This document shows, piece after piece, positions 1 to 11,794 of a stretch of DNA of 64,000 nt (its first letter is position 1; each line of letters opens with the position of its first letter). The position numbers and the translations under genes were made by a program. Location: positions 15,128,001 to 15,192,000 of the forward strand of contig OX597827.1 of assembly GCA_951406725.2 (NCBI GenBank). Reading direction: 5' to 3'. This DNA is from Octopus vulgaris. Lineage: Eukaryota. Below the pieces are notes generated by a model, which was given only the letters and a program-made list of their open reading frames with translations, had not been told where the DNA came from and searched no databases.

Positions 1-74
1 CAGGACCAACCAATGCCATGTGAGTAAATTTAGAGGGAAAATGTATGGAAACCTGTTATATATAGTAATTTCAA

Positions 75-250
75 ATGTTTGCACAAGGCCAGCAACTTCA
101 GGAGAGGGGGTTTGTTGATTACAATGCTCCACCCCAATGCTCGACAGGTACTTATTTTATCAATCTCAAATGGATGAAAGGCAAAGTCAACCAGGGTAGA
201 ATTTGAACTCAGAACATAAAGACAGACAAAACACTGCTAAGCATTTGGCT
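75..250 (-). mobile_element. Degraded SINE family B (Meta/MESC-domain-like)
   Basis: ggatgaaaggcaaagtcaac...atttgaactcagaac is the reverse complement of the family B body at 10263. Confidence 0.7.
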
Positions 251-312
251 TAGTAGTGTGTGTGTGTGTGTGTGTGTGTCTGCATGCATGCATATATGTG
301 CATGCGTGTGCT

Positions 313-700
313 CAGGCATGGTTGTGGGATTAAGGGATGTACTTCACAACAACACAGTTTAGGGGTCAGTCCCAACGCATGGCACCCAGAACAAGTGCCT
401 TTTAATATAACCTGAGATTGTTCAATGCTTTCTGAATAAATTTAGTTGAGGAAACTGTACAGAAACCTGTTGTATATATATCATTGTGTGTGTGTGTGTT
501 TACAACTTTGTATTTGTGCTTATCTTCCACAACTTAACAAACCAGCATTGCTAAAGTCATCACAGTTTTTGCAATTTAGCCAAAAGAGTCTGCTAGGATA
601 ACTGCCAAATTTCAAATAGGTACCAGGGTCAATTTGTTTGACTAAGACCTTTGAGGTGGTGCCCCAGCATGGCCTTAGTTCGATGAATGAACCTTGAAAA

Positions 701-705
<5 letters not shown>
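313..705 (+). mobile_element. Degraded SINE family A (tRNA head, CORE-like)
   Basis: Diverged match to family A, ending gtggtgccccagcatggcc. Confidence 0.65.
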
Positions 706-736
<31 letters not shown>

Positions 737-744
737 CCAATGAC

Positions 745-1190
745 AGCACTGCCTGACTCCCCTTTGTGCCAGTGGAACGTTAAAAGCACCATCCGAGCGT
801 GACCGATGCCAGAACCACTGACTGGCTCTCATGCCAGTGGCACATAAAAAGCACCATTCGAGCGTGATCGTTACCAGCGTCACCTTAGTGGCATGTGAAA
901 AGCAACATTTGAGCGAGGTCGTTGCCAGGGCCGCTGGACTGGCTCCTGTACGGGTGGCACATGAAAAACACCATTTGAATGTGGCCATTACCAGTACCGC
1001 CTGACTGGCTCTCTTGCGCCAGTGGCACGTAAAAGCACCCACTACACTCTCAGAGTTGTTGGCGTTAGGAAGGGCATCCAGCTTTAGAAACTCTGCCAGA
1101 TCAGATTGGAGCCTGGTGCAGCCATCTGGCTCACCAGTCCTCAGTCAAACTGTCCGATGGACACCTGACGTTAAACGATGATGATGATGA
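745..1190 (+). mobile_element. RTE-type LINE 3' UTR fragment (family D) with ~60-bp internal tandem units and (GAT)n tail
   Basis: Repeated ggcacgtaaaaagcacca units, ggcgttaggaagggcatccagc and gacgttaaacgatgatg; the same sequence lies downstream of the RTE ORF at 12732. Confidence 0.8.
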
Positions 1191-1439
1191 TATATATATA
1201 TATATAAATGCATCTATAAACTTTTATTCTTTATTCTTTTGCTTGTTTCAGTCACTAGATTGCTGCCATTTTAGTTTGTCACTTCCGTGCGTTTTTGCCA
1301 GGCCTATTGATTCTAGTACCTAGTTCCATCGAGTACTTATATTGTTAATTTCCACATGTCAAACTGCTAAGTTACAGGAAATAAACGGACACAACATAAT
1401 CATAAACATAAACATGAATGCATACATATACATATATTT

Positions 1440-1735
1440 ATGGCTGCCCCCTCGTTATCGAGTATGGCCATTGCACGAAGCTTAACTGTTACTGGTGCTG
1501 TGATCGAATGTGACTTTTTAGCCCAGCTAAAGATCTACAATGTCTTGTACAGAATTGGCAACTAAAACCTTTACTGGTAATAACCGGCTGTAGTTGTAAC
1601 TGGGCTTCATGTACCTTTGCATGTCGTTTAAGTCCACCTGCCAAATTACACTCTCTTCCACATGCCTGACAGATATGATTAGTATGGTGTGTTACACCAC
1701 CACCAGTGGCCAGGTTGTCACTCATCTGTCTCGTT
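1440..1735 (-). mobile_element. 3' end of an RTE/BovB-like LINE with two C-terminal C2H2 zinc fingers
   Basis: CQACGRECNLAGGLKRHAKVH and CQFCTRHCRSLAGLKSHIRSQH, then stop and a short ctcgataacgag hairpin tail running into a microsatellite. Confidence 0.65.
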
Positions 1736-1817
1736 TTATGACATATACATATACATATAACATGCATACACATACACACATATAATGCAAATATATACAT
1801 ATATATATATATATGCA

Positions 1818-1924
1818 TACAGACAGGCGGGCGGGCAGACGGACAGACAAACAAACAAATGAACGGACGGACGGACGGACAGGCAGACAGACAGGCGGAC
1901 GGACAGGCAGGCAGGCAGGCAGGC

Positions 1925-1961
<37 letters not shown>

Positions 1962-1984
1962 GGCAGGCAGGCAGGCGGGCGGGC

Positions 1985-2016
<32 letters not shown>

Positions 2017-2060
2017 GGACGGGCGGACAGACAGACAGACAGGCGGACGGACAGGCAGGC

Positions 2061-2125
<65 letters not shown>
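1818..2125. repeat. (GACA/GGCA)n microsatellite
   Basis: Direct reading. Confidence 0.95.
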
Positions 2126-2529
2126 GGTGCCTATCCTTATATATATGAAGAACAGTTTTTTTTTCTTAGATATATTTCATGAAATACATGACTGCTCAAG
2201 TTTTATCTTTATCTTTTTTTATTTTTAGATTTTTCGTGTTTTCTTTTTTTGGCTTTTTTACAGTTAGTTCCTAAATTCATATTCAGCTTTTCCAGACTTT
2301 CACAGCCTCATTTTCAAGAACTGAATATCTGGTATCAGAGTCAGATCTTATATACTGGTTGAATTCATGGAGATTTTCCTGATATATGTGTGCGTGTGTA
2401 TATATATATATATGTGTGTAGATATTTATATATATATATAAATGTTCTCTCTTGAGAACATTTCTTAGTAGTAAGACCATAGCAGATCTATTTCTAGCAC
2501 AAGGGTGTCCAGATAGTGGTTTCCCTCTA

Positions 2530-2586
<57 letters not shown>

Positions 2587-2593
2587 ATATATA

Positions 2594-3285
2594 CAGAGTG
2601 TGATGGGTAAATTGTTACCATTTTATATTTTTATTTTCACACATGTGCATTGTATGTTTTTGATTTTGTCAACTACACAGTATAGTAGGGTCAGTTGGGC
2701 ACCATCTGTGAGAAAAACAGCACCATGGCGCAATTCACTATGCCAGAAATTTGGAAACAACATGCTGTACTGCTCGGCATTTGCACCGGAAGCTCCAATG
2801 CAAACATTTCAGAGTGTTTGGGTGTCAATCTGAGGATATGTAACTGAGAGTGATAAAAATCAAACATCCAGTCAACATCATGGTGTTTGGAGTGGCCACT
2901 AATGATAGCAATATTATGCCTCCATTCATCTTCCTACATAGCCTTACATTCAACACGAAGGACTACATCAAGTGCCTGGAGGAGGTAGTGCTACCCTAGG
3001 TCAAGAGAGTGGCTGCTGGAAGACCCTATATCTGGCAACAAGAATCTGCACCATGTCATACAAGCAGGAGAACCCAGTCATAGTTGTCAGACAATTTCTG
3101 TGATCACATCACCCCTAATATCTGGCCACCTAACTCCCCATACTGCAACCCCCTTGATTATTATGTGTGGGGCACAGTTGAGCAAGAGACCAACAAAACT
3201 CCTTGGAACACCAAAGATGAACTGAATGCAAGGATTATGGCAGCATTCACCAACTTAAACAAGGAGACCATCTAGAAAAGTTGCA
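2594..3285 (+). mobile_element. Internally deleted Tc1/mariner element, DD37D (maT) type, truncated
   Basis: TA|cagagtgtgatgggtaaattgttacc TIR; decayed frame WQQ(E)SAPCHTS...WPPNSP(Y)CNPLDYYVWG with 37 residues between the catalytic positions. Confidence 0.8.
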
Positions 3286-3335
3286 TGTCCATACCTGCTC
3301 ATTCTTCTGTCTTACACACTTCATCTTATCATCAT

Positions 3336-3865
3336 CATTCATCATTGTTTGACCGTGGTCGAGACAATGGAATTTACCATGCTACGCCAGACTTCACAGT
3401 CCATCATGGCATTACGGAGGTCCTGTTGCTGGATGCCTGTATCCCTGGAGATTACATCAGGGTAGGAGAGTGTGCGCCCTCTGGTATTGAGAGTAGATGG
3501 CTTCCAGAGAAGAGTAGAAATTACTTCTTTTTCAGCTCTACAACAATGTCCAGCAAAGTGGACTCTCCTACCTTTCACAAGAGATGATAAAGGTGGTAGT
3601 TTCCCATATATTTGCATTTTGGTTGGATGACGCTTCCACGAGAGATTTTGAGCTCTCATAAGGAGGCGAGTGTAGGTTCCATCCAACCGCCTCTCAAGCT
3701 TCTTTGATAACGTCCAGGTTTCTGAGCCATATAGTAGAATTGGTTCGACTGTGGCTTTGAAGATTTCAAGTTTGAAGTCTCTACTTTGATTTGATGACCA
3801 GATCTTATGCATGTCATTACAGGCTGACCAGGCCATACACTTTCTAGTTAGAAAGTCTTTTCCAG
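3336..3865 (-). mobile_element. RTE-clade LINE 3' fragment (C-terminal to the RT)
   Basis: ORF IFKATVEPILLYGSETWTLSKKLERRLDGTYTRLL...HFAGHC followed by an (ATG)n tail; near-identical to 54420-54903. Confidence 0.85.
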
Positions 3866-4114
3866 ATGATGATATGTATGACCCAAGATATTTATAATCA
3901 TTTTATACCCACTTTTCCTCATGGCTTATATGCACTCTGTTATCCATATGCATCCACATCACAATCCAGACAAATATTCTTACCTTATTTCTTTTCAGCA
4001 ATTTTTTCCTCTCAGCTCATTTGTGTTCCATTGCTCACTCATACTAACAATTCACACCCAGCAAAGCAATCCTACTTCCTTGTGTGGCATGGTGCAGAGT
4101 CCTGTGGACACATG

Positions 4115-4518
4115 TTGGGTCACCCTCTTGACCTAGGGTAGCACTACCTCCTCCAGGCACTCAACGTAGTCCTTCGTGTTTTATGTGAGGCTATGTGGGA
4201 AGATGAATGGAGGCATAATATTGCCATCATTAGTGGCCACTCCAAACGCCATGCTATTGACTGGATGTTTGATTTTTATCACTCAGAATACATGTCCACA
4301 GATTGACACCCAAACACTCTGAAATGTTTGCGTTGGAGCTTACGGCACAAATGCTGAGCAGTACAGCATGTTGCTTCAAAATTTCTGGTGGAGTGAATTG
4401 CATCATGGTACTGTTTTTCTCACAGATGGTGCCCAACTGACCCTACTATACTGTGTAGTTGACAAAATCAAAAACATACAATGCACATGTGTGAAAATAA
4501 AAATATAAAATGGTAACA
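4115..4518 (-). mobile_element. Second DD37D derivative, left end, inverted relative to the 2594 copy
   Basis: Reverse-complement match to about 2610-3010. Confidence 0.8.
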
Positions 4519-4559
4519 TATCCTCTGCATTCAATACCCATATTTTCTAATATGCAACA

Positions 4560-5800
4560 GTGCAATTCATACACAGGCATCATGCAATCTACGCTTTACT
4601 TGGAGACAATCTCTTGGTTGCTAACAGAAATAATAGCTCCCTAAACGTTTTCCATTTGGTTCTTACCCTGACTACTGTGCTTTCAGAACAACTTTCTCCA
4701 CTGATAATTAGGCCACCTAGATAACACGTTATCAACTACTTCGAAGGAGCCCCACCAAGCATTTCAAAGAATTTATATCATCAACACTCTCACTGCTAAC
4801 TACTTGTGCATTATCTGCTACATCTAAAATCCATTTTTCACTCTCAGCCTAGCTGTGATCTTACTGCACCTCATTTGACCCATATTTTACATTATGTACA
4901 CAATAAAGAATTTCTAGTCACTCCTTGCCCACGTATCAAAAATGGCCACTACCCAGGTGGCACTGGAGTTTTAACTTTTCACCTCCAAACTAAAACAGTG
5001 GTCTTTTCTAGGTTTACATTGAGGCCTCTTAATTCCAAGCTTTGCTGTCACATTTGGAACTTCTCAAATTCTTTGACAGATTCAATAAAGAATTTCTAGT
5101 CACTCCTTGCCCACGTATCAAAAATGGCCACTACCCAGATGACACCAGAGTTTTAACTTTTCACCGCCAAACTAAAACAGTGGTCTTTGCTAGGTTTACA
5201 TTGAGGCCTCTTAATTCCAGGCTTCACTGCCACATTTGGAACTTCTCAAATTCTTTGACAGATTCAACTGAGAACTGTATCACTGGCATATTAACTCTTT
5301 AGCGTTTAAACCGGCCATATCCGGCCAAAAGTATTCTGCCTGTTTTATGTCCAAACTGGCCAGATCTGGTCTCTCACACCAACCCTACAATATCATTTTA
5401 AATATTAACAGTTACCTCATCAAAATCTCAAAGCTACAAGATAATGCCTGATTAGTTCAAAACAATGAGGATAAAAAAGGATTAATTTTGGCAGAATAAT
5501 GAGAACACTAAAGGGTTAAAGTTACCACAAACAGCTGGTCTTAAACTCCTCTGTTTGTCCTGGAGAACAATAAATAACTGGAAGGGACTAAGAACTGAGT
5601 CCTGATGGATGTCTATATACATAGTAAATTCCTTGCCGGAATCAATTCTAATTCTCACTTTGATTACAGCATCTCTGTACATGGCATGTACTTCTGTTTT
5701 TGTGACCTTTTGTCTCTTGAAACTAGTAGGTCAAATGTATCCTCTGCCCAGGCCCACCCAATTCACTCATCTTTCCTCCTCCCATCACTCACATTATGTC
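4560..5800 (-). mobile_element. Degraded RTE LINE RT region with a 182-bp internal tandem duplication, interrupted by a MITE
   Basis: IHQDSVLSPF (from VHQGSVLSP) and LRGLNVNLEKT remnants; units 4901-5082 and 5083-5264. Confidence 0.65.
5295..5515. mobile_element. TTAA-targeting (piggyBac-like) MITE
   Basis: TTAA|ctctttagc...actaaaggg|TTAA; same family as 11818-12026 in the opposite orientation. Confidence 0.8.
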
Positions 5801-5830
5801 TTCCTCCAACCACCACCCAATCCTACACTA

Positions 5831-6125
5831 GTGGAGGCACATGGCCTAGTGGTTAGAGCAGCGGACTCGCGGTCGAGGGATCGGGGGTTCAAATTTCAGA
5901 CCAGGCAGTGTGTGTTTATGAGCGAAACACCTAAGCTCCACGCAGCTCCATCAGAAGGTAATGGCAAAACTTCTGCTGACTCTTCCGCCACAACTTTCTC
6001 TCATTCTTTCCTCCTGCATCTTGCAGCCCACCTGCGACAGACCAGCGTCTCATCCAGGTGGGGAAACTATATGCCAAGAAACCGCTCCTTATGAGCCAGG
6101 CATGGCTCGAGAAGGAACAAACAAC
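5831..6125 (+). mobile_element. SINE: family C head plus V-domain-like tail
   Basis: Pol III A box tggcctagtggttag and B box ggttcaaattt; the tail matches 57868-58165. Confidence 0.8.
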
Positions 6126-6454
6126 AATCCTACACTGACCATTAATCCTAATCCTTTCTCCTCAGGATGACATCCCTCAAGAATTCTTTTTCTACCACTT
6201 TCTCTCTTTTTATTTATTTTTTTTGTTTTGCATGTTATTTTCCTCACCTTGTTCTTTTTATTAATTTCTGTTGTTCAAGAAAAACATCAGCTACTTCAAC
6301 CTTACCAGCCTTGGAAGGGCTGTGAAGGCCATCAGCATAGCCCATTCCTACAGACTAAACCATTAAAAGAAAAAAGGGGGCTGAGTTTGCATCATAGAAA
6401 TCTATTCATTCAACTACTTACACTTCAGTCAAGAATACGTGTGTCCAGCAGAGG

Positions 6455-6455
<1 letters not shown>

Positions 6456-6497
<42 letters not shown>

Positions 6498-6550
6498 AAT
6501 TATTGTATACAGTGCTCATTTGCACCACAACTTGTCAAAAGTGCGTATCT
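6456..6550 (-). mobile_element. Short 3' end of a CR1/L2-type LINE with (TAA)n tail
   Basis: Reverse complement of about 62480-62550. Confidence 0.65.
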
Positions 6551-6924
6551 CTAGATACCCCGGTTTTCCACCCTTTCAAAGGACAGGAGGTCAAACTGTG
6601 TGTCATACTGGGTAAATGTCTATTTTAAGTATCTTCAGATCATCCAGACCTGGTATGAAAACTGTACGGAAGCCTGTCTTGTGGATTGCAACTGTAGTTC
6701 AAATATCCAGGTTTATCTTGCTATGTCAAGCTCATTCTGCTTGAGAATTATATTCAGGGAAAACCTTAACACTTTAGAAATAGATTAAGGAAATATTCAG
6801 CCAAGCATCTTACATGCTGAAACGATGACCCTAAAAGTTACAGTTAATTAAAAAACAACTGTACAATTGGAAGTGTGTGTGTGTTTTCTCTCTTCTTTCC
6901 AATTATAACCTGGAGGAATGTACT

Positions 6925-7387
6925 GCTCAATGTGGAAAGTGCTCTGCAAAGACCGGATGGCATTAGGAAGGGCACCCTGTAATAGACACCATGCCAAAAG
7001 GAATGGTAGAGCTTGGCGCAATGCTCTGGCTTACCAGCTTCAGTCAACCCACCCAATCCATGCCAGCATGGAAAACAGACATTAAATAGTGATGATGATG
7101 ATGATGGTGATGGTGGTGGTGATGATGATGGTAATGATGATGATGATGATGGTGATGATGATGGTGATGATGATGGTGATGATGATGATGGTGATGATGA
7201 TGATGGTGATGTTGATGATGATGGTGATGGTGATGGTGGTGATGGTGGTGATGGTGGTGATGGTGGTGATGGTGATGGTGATGGTGATGATGGTGGTGAT
7301 GATGGTGATGATGATGACGACGACGACGACGACGACGATGATGATGATGAGGAGGATGACGACAGTGATGATGATGATATGATGATG
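6925..7387 (+). repeat. Family D RTE 3' end whose tail expanded into a ~300-bp (GAT/GGT/GAC)n tract
   Basis: ccatgccagcatggaaaacagacattaaa immediately precedes the tract. Confidence 0.85.
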
Positions 7388-7856
7388 TGTACATGTAAGT
7401 GAGTGTGTGTGTGTATGCATGCATGTATGTGTGTATGTGTTGTATACATAAATGTTTCTCCAATACCTCAGGAATGCATCTTTATGCAGAATCTACGAAA
7501 GAGCTCTTCTTATTACACCATGTAGACTAAATCGACTAAAAACAAAACTAAGCAAAATTTGAGGCATTTATTTCAAAGCAGGTACCTAGAATCATATTTA
7601 ATTCAATTACTCTACATAACATTATATTAATTTACAAGCAAACACACACACATGCACATGTGCACACAGAAAGATGCATGCATGCACACATGCATGTGAA
7701 TGTGCATTTATGCAATACTGATGTAATAGTGTGAAACATTATAGCAAGTTGCATCTCTTCATGTCAAAAAGCCTAACATTTAACAACCAGAGGCTGAGGA
7801 AATAACTACCAGTATAAGTAATGAAGTAAATACAAATAACAAAAATCTTTAAAAAC

Positions 7857-8640
7857 AGTGCCCCAGCATGGCCACAGTTCAACGACTAAAACCTATAAAA
7901 ACATAACAGAATTTGGGAATTGGATTAGTGATAAAATCCTTGAAGGCTGTACTCCAGTATGGTCGCTGTCCAATGATTAAAACCGGTACAAGAATAACAG
8001 GGTCTGAGAAATAGGCTAGTGATAAATCTCTTGAAGGTGGTGCCCCAGCATGGCCACAGTTCAACAACTAAAACCTATAAAAACATAACAGAATTTGAGA
8101 ATTGGATTAGTGATAAAATCCTTGAAGGCAGTACTCCAGCATGGTCGCTGTCCAATGATTAAAACCAGTACAAGAATAACAGGGTCTGAGAAATAGGCTA
8201 GTGATAAATCTCTTGAAGGTGGTGCCCCAGTATAGCCACAGATCAACGACTAAAACCTATAAAAACATAACAGAATTTGAGAATTGGATTAGTGATAAAA
8301 TCCTTGAAGGCAGTACTCCAGCATGGTCGCTGTCCAATGATTAAAACCAGTACAAGAATAACAGGGTCTGAGAAATAGGCTAGTGGTGCCCAGCATGGCC
8401 ACAGTTCAACGACTAAAACCTATAAAAACATAACAGAATTTGAGAATTGGATTAGTGATAAAATCCTGAAGGCAGTATTCCAGCATGGTCGCTGTCCAAT
8501 GATTAAAACCGGTACAAGAATAACAGGGTCTGAGAAATAGGCTAGTGATAAATCCCTTGAAGGTTGTGGTGCCCCAGTATGGCCACAACCCAATGACTAA
8601 AACCAACAAAAGGCTAATAGAATCTTAGGAATGGATTAGC
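7857..8640 (+). repeat. Tandem array of about four 182-bp units, each a dimer of ~91-bp subunits derived from the SINE-A tail
   Basis: Units start near 7860, 8042, 8224 and 8388; both subunits contain ttgaagg..gt.c.ccagcatgg.c.c.gt.caa.gact/ttaaaac. Confidence 0.9.
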
Positions 8641-9042
8641 AGCAATTTATATATTTATTCAAATATTTCTTTCTCGGGATTTACCTGTCTCTGGAAATAC
8701 TTCTCAGATTTCATCATCTCTGGCTATACGCAGAAATTCTATCAAAGAATCACCGTCTGTTTGGAATGCCTGAGTAGATTATGGTTACATGTTGTTCTTC
8801 CTCAAGATACATACTTCCTCCAGGTTTCTTGCTTGGGTATGTTGAATGTGTGGTATTGAATACATCGTGTGGTATCTCATATTTCTAACAAAAGAGGGTT
8901 TTTTTTTTTTCCTGTTAAAGCAATGCCAATTGTTCGTAGGTTAAAAGCTAGATCACCTAAAACAGCAATTTTGCTTCTTTGCGTCTTGTTACAAGAGTTC
9001 TAGTTGCTAGCAACGGATTTCGTACAGTCGGATACACTTTTA

Positions 9043-9350
9043 CACTTTTACTTGTTTCAAGTCATTTTGACTGTGGCCATGCTGGAGCACCGCTTTTTAG
9101 TCTAAGAAATCGACTCCTGGACTTATTCTTTGTAAGCCTGCTACTTATTCTATCGGCCTCTTTTGCCGAACTGCTAAGTTACCGGAATGTAAACACTCCA
9201 ACATCAGTTGTCAAGCAAACACAGAGACAAACACGAAGACAAACACACAAACATATACATATATTTATATACAACAGGATTCTTTCAGTTTCAGTCTACT
9301 AAATTCACTCATAAGGCTTTGGTTGGCCTGGGCTACAGTAGATGACACCT
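9043..9350 (-). mobile_element. SINE family A, partial
   Basis: Reverse complement of the family A 3' portion. Confidence 0.85.
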
Positions 9351-9529
9351 ACTACTTGATGATTGGTGTTGGTTTGTTTATGTCTCCATAACCTAACAGT
9401 TTGGCAAAAGAAAATGACAGAATAAATGCCTGGCTTTAACCTTTAGCACACTGTAGGCATATTATATCACCACATGAGTTTTCTCCCCTCTCAGTGTGGT
9501 ACAATGTACCTGAAACTAGATTGTGGTGC

Positions 9530-9930
9530 CATCATGTGGTGCTACTAGGTTCAGGCCACTGCATGGCACCTTGGGCAAGTGTCTTCTGCTATGGCCTCGA
9601 GCCAACCAAAGCCTCTTATGAGTGGATTCGGTAGATGAAAACTGAAAGAAGCCCATCATATGTGTGTGTGTGTGTGTGTCTTTGTGTATGTATATATCAA
9701 TGTGTTTGTCCTTCCATCACTGCTTCACAAACTGTGTTGGTGTGTTTACATCCTCCATAACTTAGTGGTTCGGCAAAAGGAGAATGATAGAATAAGTACT
9801 AGGCTTAAGATAATAAGTTCTGGGGTGGGGTGGGGGGGTGGTGGGGTCAATTTGTTTGACTAAAACACTTCAAGGTGGTGCTCCATCATGGCCTCAGTCA
9901 AATGACTGAAACAAGTTAAAGAATAAAAGA
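9530..9930 (+). mobile_element. SINE family A
   Basis: gcatggcaccttgggcaagtgtcttc ... gtcaaatgactgaaacaag. Confidence 0.85.
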
Positions 9931-10059
9931 ATGTGTATGTGTATGTATGTGTGTGTGTGTGTGTGCATGTGTGTGTGCATGTGTGTGTGCGTGTGTGCGC
10001 GTGTGTGTGTGTGTGTGTGTGTGTGCGCGTGTGTGTGTGTGTGTGAGTGTGTGTGTGCA

Positions 10060-10090
<31 letters not shown>

Positions 10091-10262
10091 GTAGGAGAGA
10101 GAATACAGAAATTTCCTTTAACTGGTCTTTCTTGTTCTCATTCCTATGAAATAAAGTCCTTGGTCATCAACTCAGGTGGTCCACTAGATTTAGTTGATGA
10201 CTTAATGTTTGAGGTAACGGTAATGAATGGATAGACGTTATGGAAACATTGGGGTGACTGTG

Positions 10263-10852
10263 GGCAGCAAGCTGGCAGAAACGTTAGCGCGCAGGGCGAA
10301 ATGCTTAGCGGTATTTCGTCTGCCGTTACGTTCTGAGTTCAAATTCCGCCGAGGTCGACTTTGCCTTTCATCCTTTCGGGGTCGATAAATTAAGTACCAG
10401 TTACGCACTGGGGTCGATGTAATCGACTTAATCTGTTTGTCTGTACTTGTTGGACCCCTCTATGTTTAGCCCCTTGTGGGTAGTAAAGAAATAGGTATTT
10501 CGTCTGCGGTTACATTCTGAGTTCAAATTCTGTTGAGGTCGACTTTTCCTTTCGGAGTCGATTAAATAAGTACCAGTTATGCACTGGGGTCGATGTAATC
10601 GACTTAATCTGTCTGTCTGTACTTGTTTGTCCTCTCTATGTTTAGCCCTTGTGGGCAGTAAAGAAATAGGCATTTTGACTGAGGTTACATTCTGAGTTCA
10701 AATTCTGTCGATGTCGACTTTGCTTTTCATCCTTTCACGTTCGATAAATAAAGTACCAGTTACGCACTGGAGTCGATGTCATCGACTTAATCCCTTGGTA
10801 TGTCCTTGTTTGTCCCCTCTATGTTTAGCCCCTTGTGGGCAATAAAGAAATA
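10263..10852 (+). mobile_element. SINE family B (Meta/MESC-domain-like): one full copy plus two head-truncated tandem copies
   Basis: B box gagttcaaattcc and gactttgcctttcatcctttcggggtcgataaattaagtaccag; the tail agccc(c)ttgtggg..taaagaaata occurs three times. Confidence 0.85.
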
Positions 10853-11380
10853 AATTTGCTGGAAATATTACAATCTATGTAACTAATATAAATGTTTGAA
10901 AAAGAACTCTTTGAGCAATGCAGGTGAGAATTTGTAAGGTAATGTCAGAAAATAAAGAGAAAATATTATTTTAACATATATAAGTTGTTCAATGATCCTA
11001 TAATCCATCACAAAATATAGACTAATTAAACAAGGTAATACAATTTTTCTTGTCTTTTTATTTTCTGACATACCTTGAATATTTTACTTAAGTCCTCCCC
11101 TGCTTTGTTGATAGGTTTTTTTCTTTTTTAATTTTTTGCAAATATTTATGTCACTTCTTTCAACATGAAACTGATTAACTGTACAAAGTAAGCAGGTAAA
11201 AAAAAGTATGGCAATTTTTGGTAGTAAGACACATTGAAAGTGATGAGTGGGATGAGTGAGAAACGGGGCAGACATAATTCATTGGGACAGCTTATGTAAA
11301 ATGCATGAAAAAAAAAATGCTAATGACTTGAGAATGTAGCTTAGTATAACTAACAGATACAACTTATATGTATACTATGA

Positions 11381-11763
11381 TGGAAGCACTCCGTCGGTTA
11401 CGACGACGAGGGTTCCGGTTGATCCGATCAACGGAACAGCCTGCTCGTGAAATTAACGTGTAAGTGGCTGAGCACTCCACAGACACGTGCACTCTTAACG
11501 TAGTTCTCGGAGATATTCAGCGTGACACAGAGAGTGACAAAGCCGGCCCTTTGAAATACAGGTACAACAGAAACAGAAGAAAGAGTGAGAGAAAGTTGTG
11601 GTGAAAGAGTACAGCAGGGATCACCACCATCCCCTGCCGGAGCCTCGTGGAGCTTTAGGTGTTTTCGCTCAATAAACACTCACAACGCCTGGTCTGGGAA
11701 TCGAAACCGCGATCCTATGACCACAAGTCCTCTGCCCTAACCACTGGGCCATTGCGCCTCCAC
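11381..11763 (-). mobile_element. SINE family C, full length
   Basis: Minus-strand tRNA-like head gtggaggcgcaatggcccagtggttagggc...gtttcgattccc; highly similar to 55017-55399. Confidence 0.9.
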
Positions 11764-11794
11764 ATGTATACTATATTGTGTGTGTGTGTGTGTA

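Noticed and set aside
1489-1854. Host C2H2 zinc-finger gene
   Set aside because: No TGEKP linkers, the N-terminus is microsatellite, and the 3' end is LINE-like
2190-2530. Coding exon(s) ENLHEFNQ... with a lysine-rich tail
   Set aside because: Needs a frameshift, has weak splice sites and no recognisable homology
5831-5905. tRNA genes at SINE heads (also 11690-11763, 45573 and others)
   Set aside because: They have A/B boxes but continue into repeated SINE bodies; no convincing cloverleaf or terminator
7857-8640. CRISPR-like appearance of this array and of the ~60-bp family D units
   Set aside because: The intervening sequences are repeated rather than unique spacers, the context is eukaryotic, and there are no cas genes
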